The notes under the pieces: model-generated
The model's input: only the letters and a program-made list of their open reading frames with translations
What the model was told of the DNA's origin: nothing
Database searches by the model: none
Assembly (NCBI GenBank): GCA_044892505.1
Contig: CM097883.1
Location: forward strand, 392,274,001 to 392,338,000
Length of the DNA stretch: 64,000 bases
Direction: 5' to 3'
Origin: Schmidtea nova
Taxonomy: Eukaryota
Translations under genes and position numbers: made by a program
Shown: positions 50,450-64,000 of the stretch, in pieces
Numbering within the stretch: the stretch's first letter is position 1
Layout: every line of letters begins with the position of its first letter

Positions 50450-52855
50450 GTATGTTTACCAGTTATTTCTCATTTATATTTTAAAATGTCCAACTTCACA
50501 TCAAATTGTAAATTTTGATTATTTTTAATTCATTTTTAACATTTATTTTAGAAAAACTAAAGCAAATTTTAATTAACAAGGAAGGGGAGCTTTATCAATG
50601 TCTTTTAAAAAATTTGATATACTGGGCACCATGAATTATGCCATTTCGAATATGGATGTCAACCGGGAAAGATCTCAATGATGTTTTATTGGATCATTGA
50701 AAGACGATTGATCAGGAACTATTGGTAGTAATATATCATGAATCTTGTGTATATCGATGTGAAAAATGCGTTGATTGGCCAACTGTCATCAACTGAGACC
50801 CCAATTGACATTTTAATAAAAAAATCGTTAGTATAAAAATATATTTGAATTATCTAAAAGGTGATTGAGACAGCATCCTGAAACTTGGAGAAGAAAACGG
50901 AAAAACAAAAACAATTGAGTAATTAGGAAGGATTAATAAAACAAAATAAATTAAACAACAAGGCAGATAAAGATCACGTATAAAACAGAAGGACTTCCTA
51001 AATTGGAAAACAAAATCGGCTCCTATACGATGTCACAGATAACACGGGAACTGAAAAAAATTTGGAAAATGCCAGAGGCAGAAATGAAAAAAACAAATTA
51101 TCCCGAGTGCCGACCTGTTATCGGTAACACGGGAGTTTGAAAAAAAGAAAATATCAGAGGCAGGAATGGGAAAAAACGAATTATCATGAGTGCCGGAGAA
51201 AGGCCAGCTATAAAGGGGAAAGATATCAGTTTTATGACAGATGTTTATGGAAAGAATTTATGGGACAAATTTATTGGAGAATTTAGTGGGAAATCTATTA
51301 AGAAATTTATTGAGATCAGTTTGTTGAGCCGACTTTCAAGTCAGATCAAAGAAAACAATTAGTTGGTTGCCCATTGTTAAATCTAAATCGGTAGCTAGTG
51401 ATTGTTAGACGTAGATATTATACAAGCGTGTTATTATTCACATAAGTACTGTATAGGTGTCTCATATTATTGAATGATTGTATCAGTGTCATTGTGAAAA
51501 CCAGCTGTGATATCAATAAATATTCCTGTGTTTAATTGTTATTTTGTTGTTCAATAAAACATGCTTTTGAAGTCAGAGATTTGATTGGTAGATTTTCAAT
51601 TTCACCTACAACCCAAAATATTATTCGGGAATACGACACATTTGGTAAGTGAGAAAAGCACGAATATCAGAAATCTAATATTAGCAAATCAGAAGTGTAT
51701 CAAAAATGGAAATCTACCCTTGGTAGACCTGCGCATATCGCTTGGATAAACATGAGTGCAGATTGTTTTGCAGAAATTTGAAATTGTATTAATTTCTAAT
51801 TGTGTAAATTGGTGTAATTCAATTAAATTTATTGTGTTGGGTTTCCGTGATTTTCAATTATAGGAGCACAAGGAGGCAGATAATAAACCCACTCAAAGCA
51901 AACAACAATTTATATATATATATATATAAACATAAATTGATAAAATAATAAAGATAATCAATCAATATCAATGACTAGTTCGCAATGAGTCCAGCATATA
52001 ACAAACAGAAATCACCTGCTCATAATCAGCATCCGACAACATGTGGTAAAGTTGTTTCAATTCGAATCAGGTTTCTTCTTGAGCAAAAATTATACATTTA
52101 TATTTGAGGATTTCACTACGGTAAAATCGAATTGCCGGCAAAATCAAGTGAAATAAAACCGACGTAGTGTCATTTTCAGAATAAATTAACTTCTAAAAAT
52201 CGAATTACGACTGTTAAAAAATGACAGAAACCGTTCAAAAATATACTGGAGGTAGATTAGTTGGCAATTGACTGACTAAATGCCTTTTAAAGAGGCTAAA
52301 ACGCGTGTTGTGATAAAGAGAATTTCGTTGGACATTTACAAGAACTACTACATCGTTGCCATTGATATCATTCTCCAAGCATTTTGTAAATGCAAAGAGG
52401 AAGTTTAGAGAAATAACCATAATGTTTGTCATATTTTATTTGGTTTTATAACAAAACAGATATTAAGGTCATTTTTAAAACATAAGATGATAAAAATTAT
52501 AATAAACAAACAAAATGAATTAATTTGATATATTGAAATTTTAGCAAATTATTGTGTAATTTTTGTAAAATCAAAATTTATTTCACAATTTCTTTCTCTT
52601 TAAAAACAGATAAATATTTGTGAAAAAATTCAATAATAAAAATGCGTCTAAGTAATAGCGAATTTATTTAGTCATTAATATATTTTGTTCAGTGTCGTAC
52701 CTAGGGTAAATGGCGCCTATGGCAAACACCGATCTTGCACCCCTCCCCGACGATAGGTTACTTACGTTTTATTTTGCGGAAAATAATATTGTTTTAAATA
52801 CAAACACTGATTAACAGCTATTTTTAAAAAATCACGAAATAAAATTTTATAAACA

Positions 52856-53670
52856 TATTGGGTATTTGTCGGTGTTTATCTGACTCCTCAGTGTTCTTAG
52901 TAAAATTAATAAACAAGATCCAACACAGTAACTTTTATTAATAATCAATCTAATACACAATTTTCTTTACAATTTATTTAACAGCTTTTCAGTATTCTCT
53001 GACAGGCGCAGGGATACGGCAGATGTCCCTTTCTGGTGCGCGTCCTAACAAATGAATTCAAATTAAAATTTCACTGACCTAGTCGTTCTTTTCAATTTTC
53101 GCGCTTCGACCGTAACTGGCGTTTTTACTGATTCTGCCTCTTTTTATATGAAATTTCGCTAGTTGATTTATTTGTTTTTCAAATGGCAAATCGCCCGTGA
53201 AAGGCTATTAATCGTCAATTTTTAATCTTGACATTCCAATTTACATTTTGAGGCAATTTAGATGCTAATGTCATTTGCCTTCTGCCGGGAACATTAATTT
53301 TCAAGGCAATTTACTTGTCACCCCGGGTTCGCATCGCTCGGGTTTTCCTCATTACTCTGGTACTCCATTGGCTTAGGTTTTACGTTAGCTCGGGCTTTTC
53401 ATTAGCCAATTAATTCTTAATTAATATTTTTATAATTATTTCTTTCTGGTACCCCCATCGATTTAATTTTTATATATTTGAATTCGTCTCATCAATCAGC
53501 ATACACCCATACCAATTTCCCCCGCCATATGATGATTTTCAATTTTCTTAATTTTTTGATTAGTGTTTTTGTATTTTAATTAATTTGTAGATTTTTGTGT
53601 TTTTATTAATTTTTTAAAAATTATTTTAAATCTTTACTTTATTTTAAGTCACTTATGACAAACCCCAACA
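52856..53670 (-). mobile_element. Solo LTR, 4-bp TSD AACA
   Basis: TATTGGG..CCCCAACA termini flanked by AACA/AACA. Confidence 0.85.
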
Positions 53671-54251
53671 AACATATGAATAGATATATGATATTCATCA
53701 AGAAATACATCATTTACAAATTTCACTTCAATATCCTCATAGTAAACAAATTAACATTTTTATTAATGTTTCCNNNNNNNNNNNNNNNNNNNNNNNNNNN
53801 NNNNNNNNNNNNNNNNNNNNNNNNNNNNNNNNNNNNNNNNNNNNNNNNNNNNNNNNNNNNNNNNNNNNNNNNNNNNNNNNNNNNNNNNNNNNNNNNNNNN
53901 NNNNNNNNNNNNNNNNNNNNNNNNNNNNNNNNNNNNNNNNNNNNNNNNNNNNNNNNNNNNNNNNNNNNNNNNNNNNNNNNNNNNNNNNTCAATATGAGCA
54001 ACCAATAATTGAATACTTGAACATCCTCGAGGCTTATAATTATACTTATATAATAAATTCAATAAAACCGCATCGGGACAAATACATATATGAGTTATTC
54101 ATCATCATCACAATCCAGCCAGTTAAATGCAATGCATAAACAAATAATCAGAGAAACACAAAAATGCAATCCAATAAAAGACTGCTCACGAGTTGCACCA
54201 CACAAATCAATAACACGAAGAAAATAAATATTCCTATACACAAAACTGATT

Positions 54252-56540
54252 TCACAATTCCTCCCTTCCGTTGTGCTCGTAAATTTCCTCGTCATGGTAA
54301 TCTGACTCAGAATGGGGCTGATACTTTTGTGTGTGACTGTTCGAATGATTAAGGTACTTGTTATACAACTCCAAGGGTTTTGTTTCCCAGAATTTATGAA
54401 ATGATATCGACTTTTCTGTCAGAATCCGTTGAGATGAATAATCTTCCGGTCGAGCTTGATGGAACAAATGGCTATGGATCAGCGACTGATTCGCGTCATC
54501 TAACCACATCCCTAGTGTCATATCATCCGGCCAATCATTGCTGTTGCAGAAAGTGAGCTTAGAAATTTTCCTCACCACAGACATGGATAACACAATTCTA
54601 TGTATGATTGATCAATGATGGAAATGAGGAACATGTAAGCATTACCCACTACCACCAGTGAGATAATCATATCCAGATCCGTACCATGACATGTATGCGT
54701 ATCGTTCTCCTAACGCAATATGCTCATCCATTCGATAGCAATATAATAATTGCCTCAGTCGCGGAACGCTACTCACAAAAAATTAAAAGGCATTCCGACT
54801 CAAATGCATAAAAATGATACCTTAGCAAAGTATCATCATCGACAATGACTAAGAATTTTATTTTATTCCACTTTGCGTCATCAGCAATCATCATTAATAT
54901 GCTTCTTAATTTGGCACAATGTCCTGAATGATAGATAAATCATCTTAACTGGGGAGACTTAACGGAGTATCGGATTTTTATAAGGCAATTGCCACATGGT
55001 ATATCGTAATGCGGGAAAAACCATAAAATCGACTTGGGGGAGGTGAAATCTGGCAGTAATAAGAATATTGACACAAGCAGAAATACAGTGAGATATGGAA
55101 AATTTACATGAAACAAAGGATTTTCTAGAGCAAAGATTCTTAACATTAAATTTGCTAGAGGCACACTAAATAAATCTTAAAGTTTTCGTGGTATACCTTG
55201 AAAGACTTAATAATTTTGATGACATAAAAGTTGTATATTTATTTAAATTGCTTTAATAAATCAAAGATAAAGAAGCTCGCATTTAGTCGTAAATTCGAAG
55301 AATTCTCAATCACTTTGAAAACGTTATAAACTTTTTCAATGTATTTTAAATATTTTCTAAACACCTTACGCCATTATAGCGAATAATACAGATAGAGAAT
55401 CACATTTCTAGGGAAATATTACAGTTAGAAATTGAACATTTCTTTAATGGATTTTGATATCAGATTCAGAAATAAATTTTGACAACATTCGAAATAAACC
55501 TTTTAAAAAATGAGAAAGACTAGAAGTATATCGAGAAATAAATGCAGTTCATATATCAAGCTTCTATAGAAATAAGAAAAATATTAAGATACTGCAATCA
55601 GCAAATTTCTTTCTCCTTTTCATCATTGTCAAATAATATTAATATTAATAAACTATTAAATAAAAATGGCAATTTATTCAAAAAAATAAAAGAACACAAT
55701 TTTTTAAAATATATTATTTAAATATATTTCGACAACTCAACTGTCATCATCAGGCTTTAAAAAATTTCAATAAAATAAAAATTGATCTTATTTATACGTT
55801 TATTAGTGATTACATAATCACACGTGTATAAATCAATAAAACTTTTAATAACCCTTGTAAAATTAGCTAACAACCCTCAAAATGCATGTAGATGTTGCTT
55901 TTTGTATGTTTATTTTAGGATTAAATGATTTTATCATCAAATCTTCACAATTCACACGTTCACAATAATTTCCCAACTCCTAGAAAATATTTATGAACCT
56001 GTGAATTGTAATGTTTTGATGGTAAAATAATTTAAACCTACAATAAAATAAAAATACAAAATGCAATATCTACATGCATTTTAGGAGTTTTTAATTAAAT
56101 TTACTATGGTTAATAAAAGTTTTATTTTATTGTGCACTTTTGATTAAGTAATCACTAATAAGCGTATAAATAGGACCAATTTTTATTTTGAAATTTTTAA
56201 AGCCTGATGATGACAGCAAAGCTGTTGAAATATATTGCAATCATATATTTTAAAAAATTGTGTTCTTTTATTTTATTATTAATAATAATAATAATAATAA
56301 TTATTATTATTATAATTATTAATATCAATAATTTCTATAATGGTAAGACTATAGATCAAAATTTCTTTAAATAAGTACACAATATTTCAGCACAGCCTTT
56401 ATCAAGTGTATATTTGATAAAGTCTGTGCCAAAATATTGTGTACTTATTTAAAGAAATTTTGATCTATAGTCATCCATTATGGGAATTATTGATATTAAT
56501 AATAAAAAAAGATCAAAGGTGATAAAAGATAATTATGATG

Positions 56541-56621
<81 letters not shown>

Positions 56622-59600
56622 TAATTATATTACACTTGATAAAGGCTGTGCCAAAATATTGTGTACTTGTTTAAAAAAATATCAAATTTTAAATATTAAA
56701 TATTATTTAAAAATATAATTTTAATTTACTAAAAATCAATCTAAAATTAATTTTAATATTGATTATTTAAATCAATAATTTTCATATTAATAATTGTATA
56801 AATATAGGTCAAAATAATTTTTTTTGGTATTTTACGTTTATGATATTTTGGCACAGCCTTTATTAAGTGTGTATACAAGTGGAAATACACACTAGATAAA
56901 GGCTGTGCCGAAATATTATGTACGTAACATACCAAAAAACCCAAAAAAATTTGATCTATAGTAAAACCACTGTGAAAATTATTGATATACTAAAAAGAGA
57001 TCAAAGGTGAAACGGAAAGATAATTATGATAATATTTTATAGTTTCTGGAAACGCAAAGCTTCAAAAAACTCAAATATTGAATAATACAATGTGAAGCAG
57101 GTTCCGATAGATGAAATTTCCATAGAACGAAATATTAAGCCATGTGTACATAAGAGAATTTTAATCGGATTCCTTGAAAATGTGAACAGTGATAAACTAT
57201 ATTCCCATTTAGACAAATTGAAATATAATACAATAGAAATACACACTTGATAAAGGCTGTGCCGAAATATCGTGTAATAAAATTTAATTAATGTAAAACG
57301 CCACTCATATAACATCCGTACTCTATATTTCTTCAGGTATTGAGAATAAAACTGTTAAATTCAATTTTTTGAAATAAATTAAAAATTACAATTTCATAAA
57401 TTTTAAATATTATTTTAATTTTAAAAATCAATCTAAAATTAATTTTAAAATGATTATTTAAATTAATAATTTTCATATTAATAATTGTATGAGTATAGGT
57501 CAAAATAATTTTTTTGGTATGTTACGTTTACGATATTTTAATGACCAAAAAATTTTTTTGATCTATAGTCTTACAAATATTAATATGAACATCATTGAAT
57601 TATAATGGAAGGCCCCAAAGGCATCGTCAAAAGCTAGGCCAGTTATAAATATAAATATTTAATAAAATATAAATACAAAAGATATCTAACCGGTTTCAGT
57701 ATTCGGAACTCCAGTGGAAACCGATGGAACTTTTCGGTCGGCTACTTCAGCGAAATACAAAATGTTTTCCACATCAGGTGTCCATGTACTTTTAATTGTT
57801 ATTACTATATTCGATATCAATTGTGCAACAAATATCAAAAGAATTATATTATAGAAATAAATGACTTTTAACTATAATTTGTAGGACAAAATGCTACAAA
57901 GACTAATGATAAGGGCATAAAGATACAAGAACTGACTGATAAGGAAATAATGGTACAAAGACTATGAAGCGGTAAAAGGTTCAAATGATAAGGATATAAT
58001 GGTACAGTGACTAAATGATAAAGATCCAATAGTACAGGGATTCCTCCAATATTGTAAAATTGGCTAGAAGTTTGATTTTCTTCTTTAAAGATTCGGTATT
58101 TGCTTCAAATTTAAGTCCCTGGAATTCTATTTGAATAGTGTTATTTTGATACATTTTTAAATAAAAAATAATCTTTTTTCGTAAATTTCCATTTAACTTT
58201 TAATACATTTTATAAAGAATAAAATCATTTCTGATAAAAATTTATTGATAAATTCCATCTTAATGACTTCCTGTGTCACAACTTACTGCTTCATTAATAT
58301 ATTCAGTTTGCTCAACAGCGCTGCATTCTTTTTCTACTTCGACACAATAATCAAATTCAAGCTCAAAAAGAGAAGTTTAATCTTTTAACATATGTTGAAG
58401 AATCATTTAGTTTATGAAACAAAACGTCCGCTCCATTAGATGCGATTCCACATCTTTCAAATACCCTTTCAATTGATTTAGATTGTATAGAATTACATGC
58501 AGTAATAATAATATTAATGATTTGTTGATATGAGGGTTTTTACCTATATCCTTTTACTGCACATTCGTCCAGTTCTTCCCTTATCCAATTATCTCATTCT
58601 CTGCACAATGCAGTCATAAACTAAGCTTTTATGACAACATCTAAAGACTATCAAATGAATAGTTTTTTTATTGAACTACATAATCTTTTTGTGTTCCATA
58701 CGAAACCCAAATTAAAAGAGACAATACATTTGTAAAATATATTCTCATCTACTAAATACTGTATTCATCCATTCTTTCGCAAATTATAATCCGTTATTTC
58801 CCTTTTATTTTCTGAAACTACTGCCTTTTTACTTAGAATCGTTAATGTAGGAAGTTTTTTAACCCTCGTCATATGATGATTGGCCGTAGTAAACGTATAT
58901 GCAGGCTTATTGCCAGACATAAATTATGCCAATTTTCCTACATCCAGTGTCTACCCTTCAACATTTCTGAACCCTTGAAATGAAGTATACAATTTCTCGC
59001 CATATCAGAGACGTACGGAACTTGCATTATGCAATTATAAAAAATATATGTTGTTTCATCTTTTTTTGGATCACGATTAGATATTTGTCTGTGGTGAGTG
59101 ATGTGGTGTTATGAAATTTCGAATCTTTTACTTCAACCAAATAAATAATTATTACTTCTTTAAAGTTTATCTGGTAAAATTATTCCGAAATTTTGTGAGA
59201 GAATATGATACTGAAGAATTTTATAATAATGACCTTAAATGATTCCTTCCGCTTTTAAAGAATTTGAATAACTTTTCATAAATCTAGAGGGTAAAAACTT
59301 TACATCCTTCTCGCACGACGCCTATTTTTTGCTTTTTCTGAAGCCTTATCATCTTTCTCTAACCATCTCCAAAATCTTTTCCCTTATATCCCAGTTTGAA
59401 TTTTAACTTTTAAATAATTTAAACTGATTAAGAAATTTAATTTTTTCTTTAATGGTGTAAAACTTTCATTCTTTTGATATCTTTTCGACGATTAGTTATG
59501 ATAGAATAATACATGAATGTATATCTTCTTTATCTTTCTCAACCGTTCGTTTATAATTCTTTTCGGGGGACATTTTTTAAAATATAAATTATTCAAAAAA

Positions 59601-60207
59601 AAATAAATATAAAAGTTAAATATATTTCTTTTTACACTAGATATGTTAATTTTTTTGTACCAAATAAAAGCCCAGCTGAGTCTTTGTTTCGTGGGAAATC
59701 TAATTACAGGCCCTCTTGGACTTTTATTAGGGGCTTATTTTCTGGGAAGCCCGATAAAAGGATTGAATTATAGGGACACAAAAATGACATGATGTTAAGT
59801 ATGACCAAATAATCTACGCTAAATGAAGGGAGAACCTAATGTTTGATAACGTTATGATTAGAATGGTATAGATGGAAGAAGCTGATAAATTAAATGGAAA
59901 TACTTAATTTCTAGTTAAAATGGAAATTCAGATTTTTAAACAAACTTCGAGATCGAAAAAACTTTTTGCAAGTCTTAACGACAACCAAAAATTCGGACTG
60001 ATCAATCATGGATGCCTGAAAACGAAATATATATGCCTCAATTCTATTAGTGAACCCAATAAAAATCCAACTCACACAACTTGGTAGATAAGAAAACTGT
60101 GTAATCCACACAGCACAATACTCGTCCGGTTCACTCTTCAGACAGAACTCACTGTTGTTCGACATTTGGAAATCAGAAATCAGCTTCTCTCGAATAAATT
60201 TCACCAT
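54252..60207 (-). CDS. B3GLCT: Beta-1,3-glucosyltransferase (B3GLCT/B3GALTL), 3' exons 60207-60076, 60015-59946, 57804-57691, 54923-54821, 54769-54646, 54597-54252; 5' exons not found
   Basis: VVVKTCKKF, KSTW, GVPNTETGHCAK, VIVDDDTLL, LGERY, DDMTLG, FHQARPEDY, ISFHK and C-terminal REEL. All junctions are GT-AG and in frame. Confidence 0.9.
55683..56275. mobile_element. MITE-like hairpin with ~270-bp inverted arms; single-arm copy at ~46800-47110
   Basis: 55683-55930 is the reverse complement of ~56040-56275. Confidence 0.7.
56340..57560. mobile_element. Cluster of a TA-flanked MITE family (TIR CACTTGATAAAGGCTGTGCCGAAATATTGTGTAC)
   Basis: At least six TIR copies in both orientations; additional copies at ~25315 and ~41345. 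Confidence 0.7.
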
Positions 60208-60460
60208 CTGCAATCAGACATTACTGTAAACAATTTACACGGAATAAGATGGGATAGTAAGCTAATAGGAGCTGATTTATTCATTTATAAAGGATCGGAA
60301 TTTATGGCGGGGACGACATAAATAAAAGGAACCACGAGAAATAGCCCATAATTAAATGCGAAAAGCAATTAAATGTGTATTTAAAGAAAATTAATAATTA
60401 ATTATTCGTATATGATATAGGAAATCGGAACAAAGATAGAATAAATTATGGGAAACAAAA

Positions 60461-60990
60461 CATGGGCTTGGATTAATATTTTAAGGCCATTATCAGAGGC
60501 AAAAAATGAGGCTCCTTCCCTAATTTTATGTAGAAATTTCTATTAAATTATTTAACTTAAACACGTGCATAATATATAAATATTATTATAATGTAAAAAA
60601 AAACAAACCAATAAGTTTAACAAATGAAGCAAATCAAAAAAGGCCATCTAAGCAATTTTCCAAATATAAAGTTAGAAATAGTATTATCAAAGAACAAGCT
60701 ACGAAGTTTGTCATTTTGACTGAAAAAGATTGTAAAAGAATCAAGTCTTTTTTGAGTCAGTTGTTTGATATTCATTTTTGATTCGTTTTCATTTGCTGAA
60801 AGATCATGCACCGAACAATTCGTAATCAAAAGTCAAAACAATTCTAAAAGCTGCCTCAACATTAGGAAATACAGACTGTGCTTTTTTTCGCACTCTTTTC
60901 AATTTTTCTAAAAGTTTAAAGCCCCCTGAAAGCTAGGCACCAAGCTTCAGCCTATCTAGCATATTTAACTTAATGGTAAATCCGGCACTG
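60461..60990 (-). mobile_element. Internally deleted hAT element
   Basis: CAGTGCCGGATTTA terminus; frameshifted FPNVEAAFRIVLT..SFSK.KRIKNE..TQKRLDS dimerization domain. Confidence 0.7.
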
Positions 60991-63640
60991 GAAAACAACA
61001 CGATAGAAATGTTTTTTTCGGTAAATGCATGAAAGAGAATGAAGTGCACAAATTAGTATAAAACATCCGTTCTGTAAACCAACTGAACTTTTGAGTGTCA
61101 TTACCACAACACGATCAATGATAGTCAGGAGACCAAGCCTGGTGAAATCCGGACAGTACAAATACTATCGTTTTATTTACAAGTGACAACTGAGGAATTT
61201 GTTATAAAAAGATTGTTATAAAGAAGATATCGTTTAAAATTATTTTAGCCAAATGTCATTAATTGTCGGGAAAATATCAATAAGAAAAGAAAGGTAAACT
61301 CGTAAATTCTGCTTTTAGCTTCAGGTAAAAGAAAATTAAAAATCAGAAATCAGAAATATTTTAAGGAAAATTTATTATTTTAGGGATAAATATTATAGTC
61401 ACGTTGTAAAGTGTTGGAATTTAGCAGCAAAGAGATCGAGATTGAAATTCGTAATTTCCCTAAATTGCACAAGAAGCCAGTAATTGACGGACTGTTGTAA
61501 TTCATTAATCAAAACCCAACACACGTAAACAGTATATTGGAAACCTTCGTTGCTAACATTCGTTGGATGGAGGATTAAATAAAAATCTTCAAAATCAGAA
61601 GTTTTCTAATTTTTGCACGCAGCCAACCAAATATTTCATTCGCGAAAGTTGTACTCGGACAATTTTTAAAAAAATGGATGTAATAAATATTTCGCAAATA
61701 TCCAAATGCATTTAATTGTTCACAAAAGTTTTATTCACATGTCAGAAGGAATAAAAAATGTGCAAATATTGAGAAAAACCGGATGTTTTAAATGCTAAAT
61801 TAACATAAGGTCCATTTAAAAATAATAAATGGACAAATTTATTCGACAATAAATAGTCAAATTTTACAAAATATTTATTTGGATAACCATCTTTTATTAA
61901 TAATAATAATTTTAAAAAAAATTATTCATTACAGAAGAGAAACTACCGCTATTTTCAAATTATTAAATTTAAACATTATATAGAATTGAGGTAACTTAGT
62001 CGTATTTTAACCATTTCCTAACGGGTTTTTGTTAAGAAAAATAAAAGTTCGAAAAGTTTTAACTTCGATTATATTTTATTAAATTAGATGTCAGTTTAGG
62101 TATGAAACACATTGCAACAATTTGGTACTTGTTACTTTTATTCATATACATTTGAAAACCGCCTTCTATAATTTTATCAATAACCTATTGATATTTGATA
62201 TTAAAATAAAGATCTAATTAAGCTATTTTAAAAACGGTTTAAAAAGTCGAAACAATTCAATCTGTTGGTGAATTAGAGCAAAAAAAACTAAAATCCAGCC
62301 GTCCAATCTGAAATGGTTAATACATAAATATTTGGAAAGATCATTGGAAATGCTATATATTTTTTACGCTGAGATTCCAAATATTCCTAATAATGCACAT
62401 TACTCTTCGACAAACGGTTTGATATGACAATTGAGAAAGCTGAAACCGCTTCTTACATGTAAACCCAAGACTGATAATGTGTTAGGAGATTACGGCCATA
62501 AAACTTGTCTTTCGAGAATCACACCGCACAGACTGGAACCTTGGTATTCAATTCAGGTAGCAATATTTTCTAAGCCAACAACCTTGGAAAGTAGCCTTAC
62601 GGCATAATATTTAGGATCTTCTTCTTAAATACTTAGAATCAGCTATTTTTTAATTTCAATTGGATTTTTTATTTATATAATAATTGTTTTATTTTTTTTT
62701 CGCAAAACTGATCTCCATTAATATCAAATATACAAAATTTATATTACCTTTCACTTTTAATCAACAAAATGACATTTGTAATTCAATTTTTCCAAAAATC
62801 AACTTTTCTCTATCGAGTGATGCATAACTTATTCAATTTTACCAATTATTTCTTTTGGAACTGCTCTTTATCTTTATAACTAATATTTCAGAAATGCATT
62901 TGTTTTTTTATTCAGTTGCAAATTTGAAAACTTATTATTTGGAATGTCATTATTGTTAAGTGATGGAGAAATTATATAATTATTAACAATACTAACCCAC
63001 ATCCTTTTATATCTCAAACATTTATATTCAGTTGTCTTATTTAAATGAAATATTGAAGGATTTCCTATCTAAAGTCAATGTTCTTGAATACCCTAATTCA
63101 ATAAGACTTTTTTTATTGATGTTTGTAATCATGATTTTTATTTAAAGAGTAACATATTTTTAGAATAACAATTTTATATATTTTTTTGTGTCATTTATTA
63201 CATTATTCATCCTTAAACGCTATCGTGGGGTATAGTTGACGCTACAAAAGCCAACTAAACTCCATTATATTGTTAATTTCTAAAACTTTGGTCATCAATT
63301 AACCTTTGAATAATATTGTTGGATTCGGCTGACACTCACTATCGTAAGATTTAGCGAAATCGAAAGATACAATTTATGGGTAATACATAACTATTGGAGG
63401 CAAAATTTAAAATTCTACAATAATATAAAATAAATTCAATTTTATAAATATATTTAAAATTAAAAGTTATTGTTAAAGATGCTTTATTTTACCATAAATT
63501 TTAATTTTAATCGACAACATGGCATTTATAAATCAACATTATTTAAAAAATCGACTTATCTATCAAAACATGCATGTAGGGTGACCAACTTGTTGAAGAA
63601 CCAATCGGGACAAAAAGCAGAACAATTAAGTTTACTACTA

Positions 63641-64000
63641 TTAGGTTGTCCGGAATGAAATATCCGAATAATATATAATCATTTCAAATCATCATAACTT
63701 TTTTTGTATAAAATGTATTTCTTTATTTTAAAGTTCATTAGAAAGCGCCTATTTCAAATTCACATGTTAAGTAAGATTTATAATAATTTAATTACTATAA
63801 ATTTCATTTGCAAATGGGAATGTACAAGTTAGAAAATCACGATTTGAGACTTCTTTTTAATATGAGTGGAAATCGAAGAACAATTCAGTTGAGGCGGAAA
63901 GGAATATTAATAAGGCTTTTGGTGAGCGATACAGTTAACGAAAGAACTATTAAGCGTTGGTTTAAAATAATTGGTTGACGGAAAAATTGATATCGAAAAT
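63641..64000 (+). mobile_element. 5' end of a second mariner family, cut by the window edge
   Basis: TA plus TTAGGTTGTCCGG TIR; degenerate YEWK..AERNINKAFGE..TVNERTIKRWF HTH. Confidence 0.7.

Noticed and set aside
30911-54062. ORFs composed largely of X across N-gaps (30911, 39066, 39105, 53655-54062)
   Set aside because: Artefacts of assembly gaps
58700-59600. Possible pogo/Tigger transposase remnant (DET-like peptide)
   Set aside because: Too degenerate to call
60016-60075. SWIFIG peptide resembling the B3GLCT N-terminal SWIFF
   Set aside because: Lies in a 60-nt GTGAGT..TTTCAG intron that happens to be in frame; the spliced product aligns better
63230-63400. DFAKSYDS peptide resembling a LINE RT motif
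   Set aside because: Single short motif amid stops

Overview
AT-rich animal genomic scaffold with four N-gaps and short spliceosomal host introns of 46-77 nt. Gene and transposon content suggests a planarian-like invertebrate (inference). Apparently intact host genes are RNA polymerase I subunit RPA2/POLR1B (4 exons, minus strand), an F-spondin with two Kunitz domains, and a secreted PAN/Apple-like protein. The 3' half of a beta-1,3-glucosyltransferase (B3GLCT) is also present. Three host-gene fragments are truncated: ABCD1/2-like, LEM-domain and UTP20. The left 15 kb holds two degraded elements. One is a Gypsy retrotransposon that lacks its integrase core and is followed by extra same-strand ORFs, including a DEDDh exonuclease. 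The other is a Polinton/Maverick (adintovirus-like) remnant with pPolB C-terminus, packaging ATPase, pX-like protein, chromo-integrase and two penton paralogs. The standout signal is that this Polinton carries its own miniature TATA-binding-protein-like gene, tandemly duplicated and head-to-head with the ATPase, plus 34-nt and 40-nt spliceosomal introns in two of its genes. The right half is mostly transposon debris: solo LTRs with 4-bp TSDs, mariner, hAT, MULE, Chapaev-like remnants, MITEs and minisatellites. All homology calls come from motif recognition by eye; no database searches were run.
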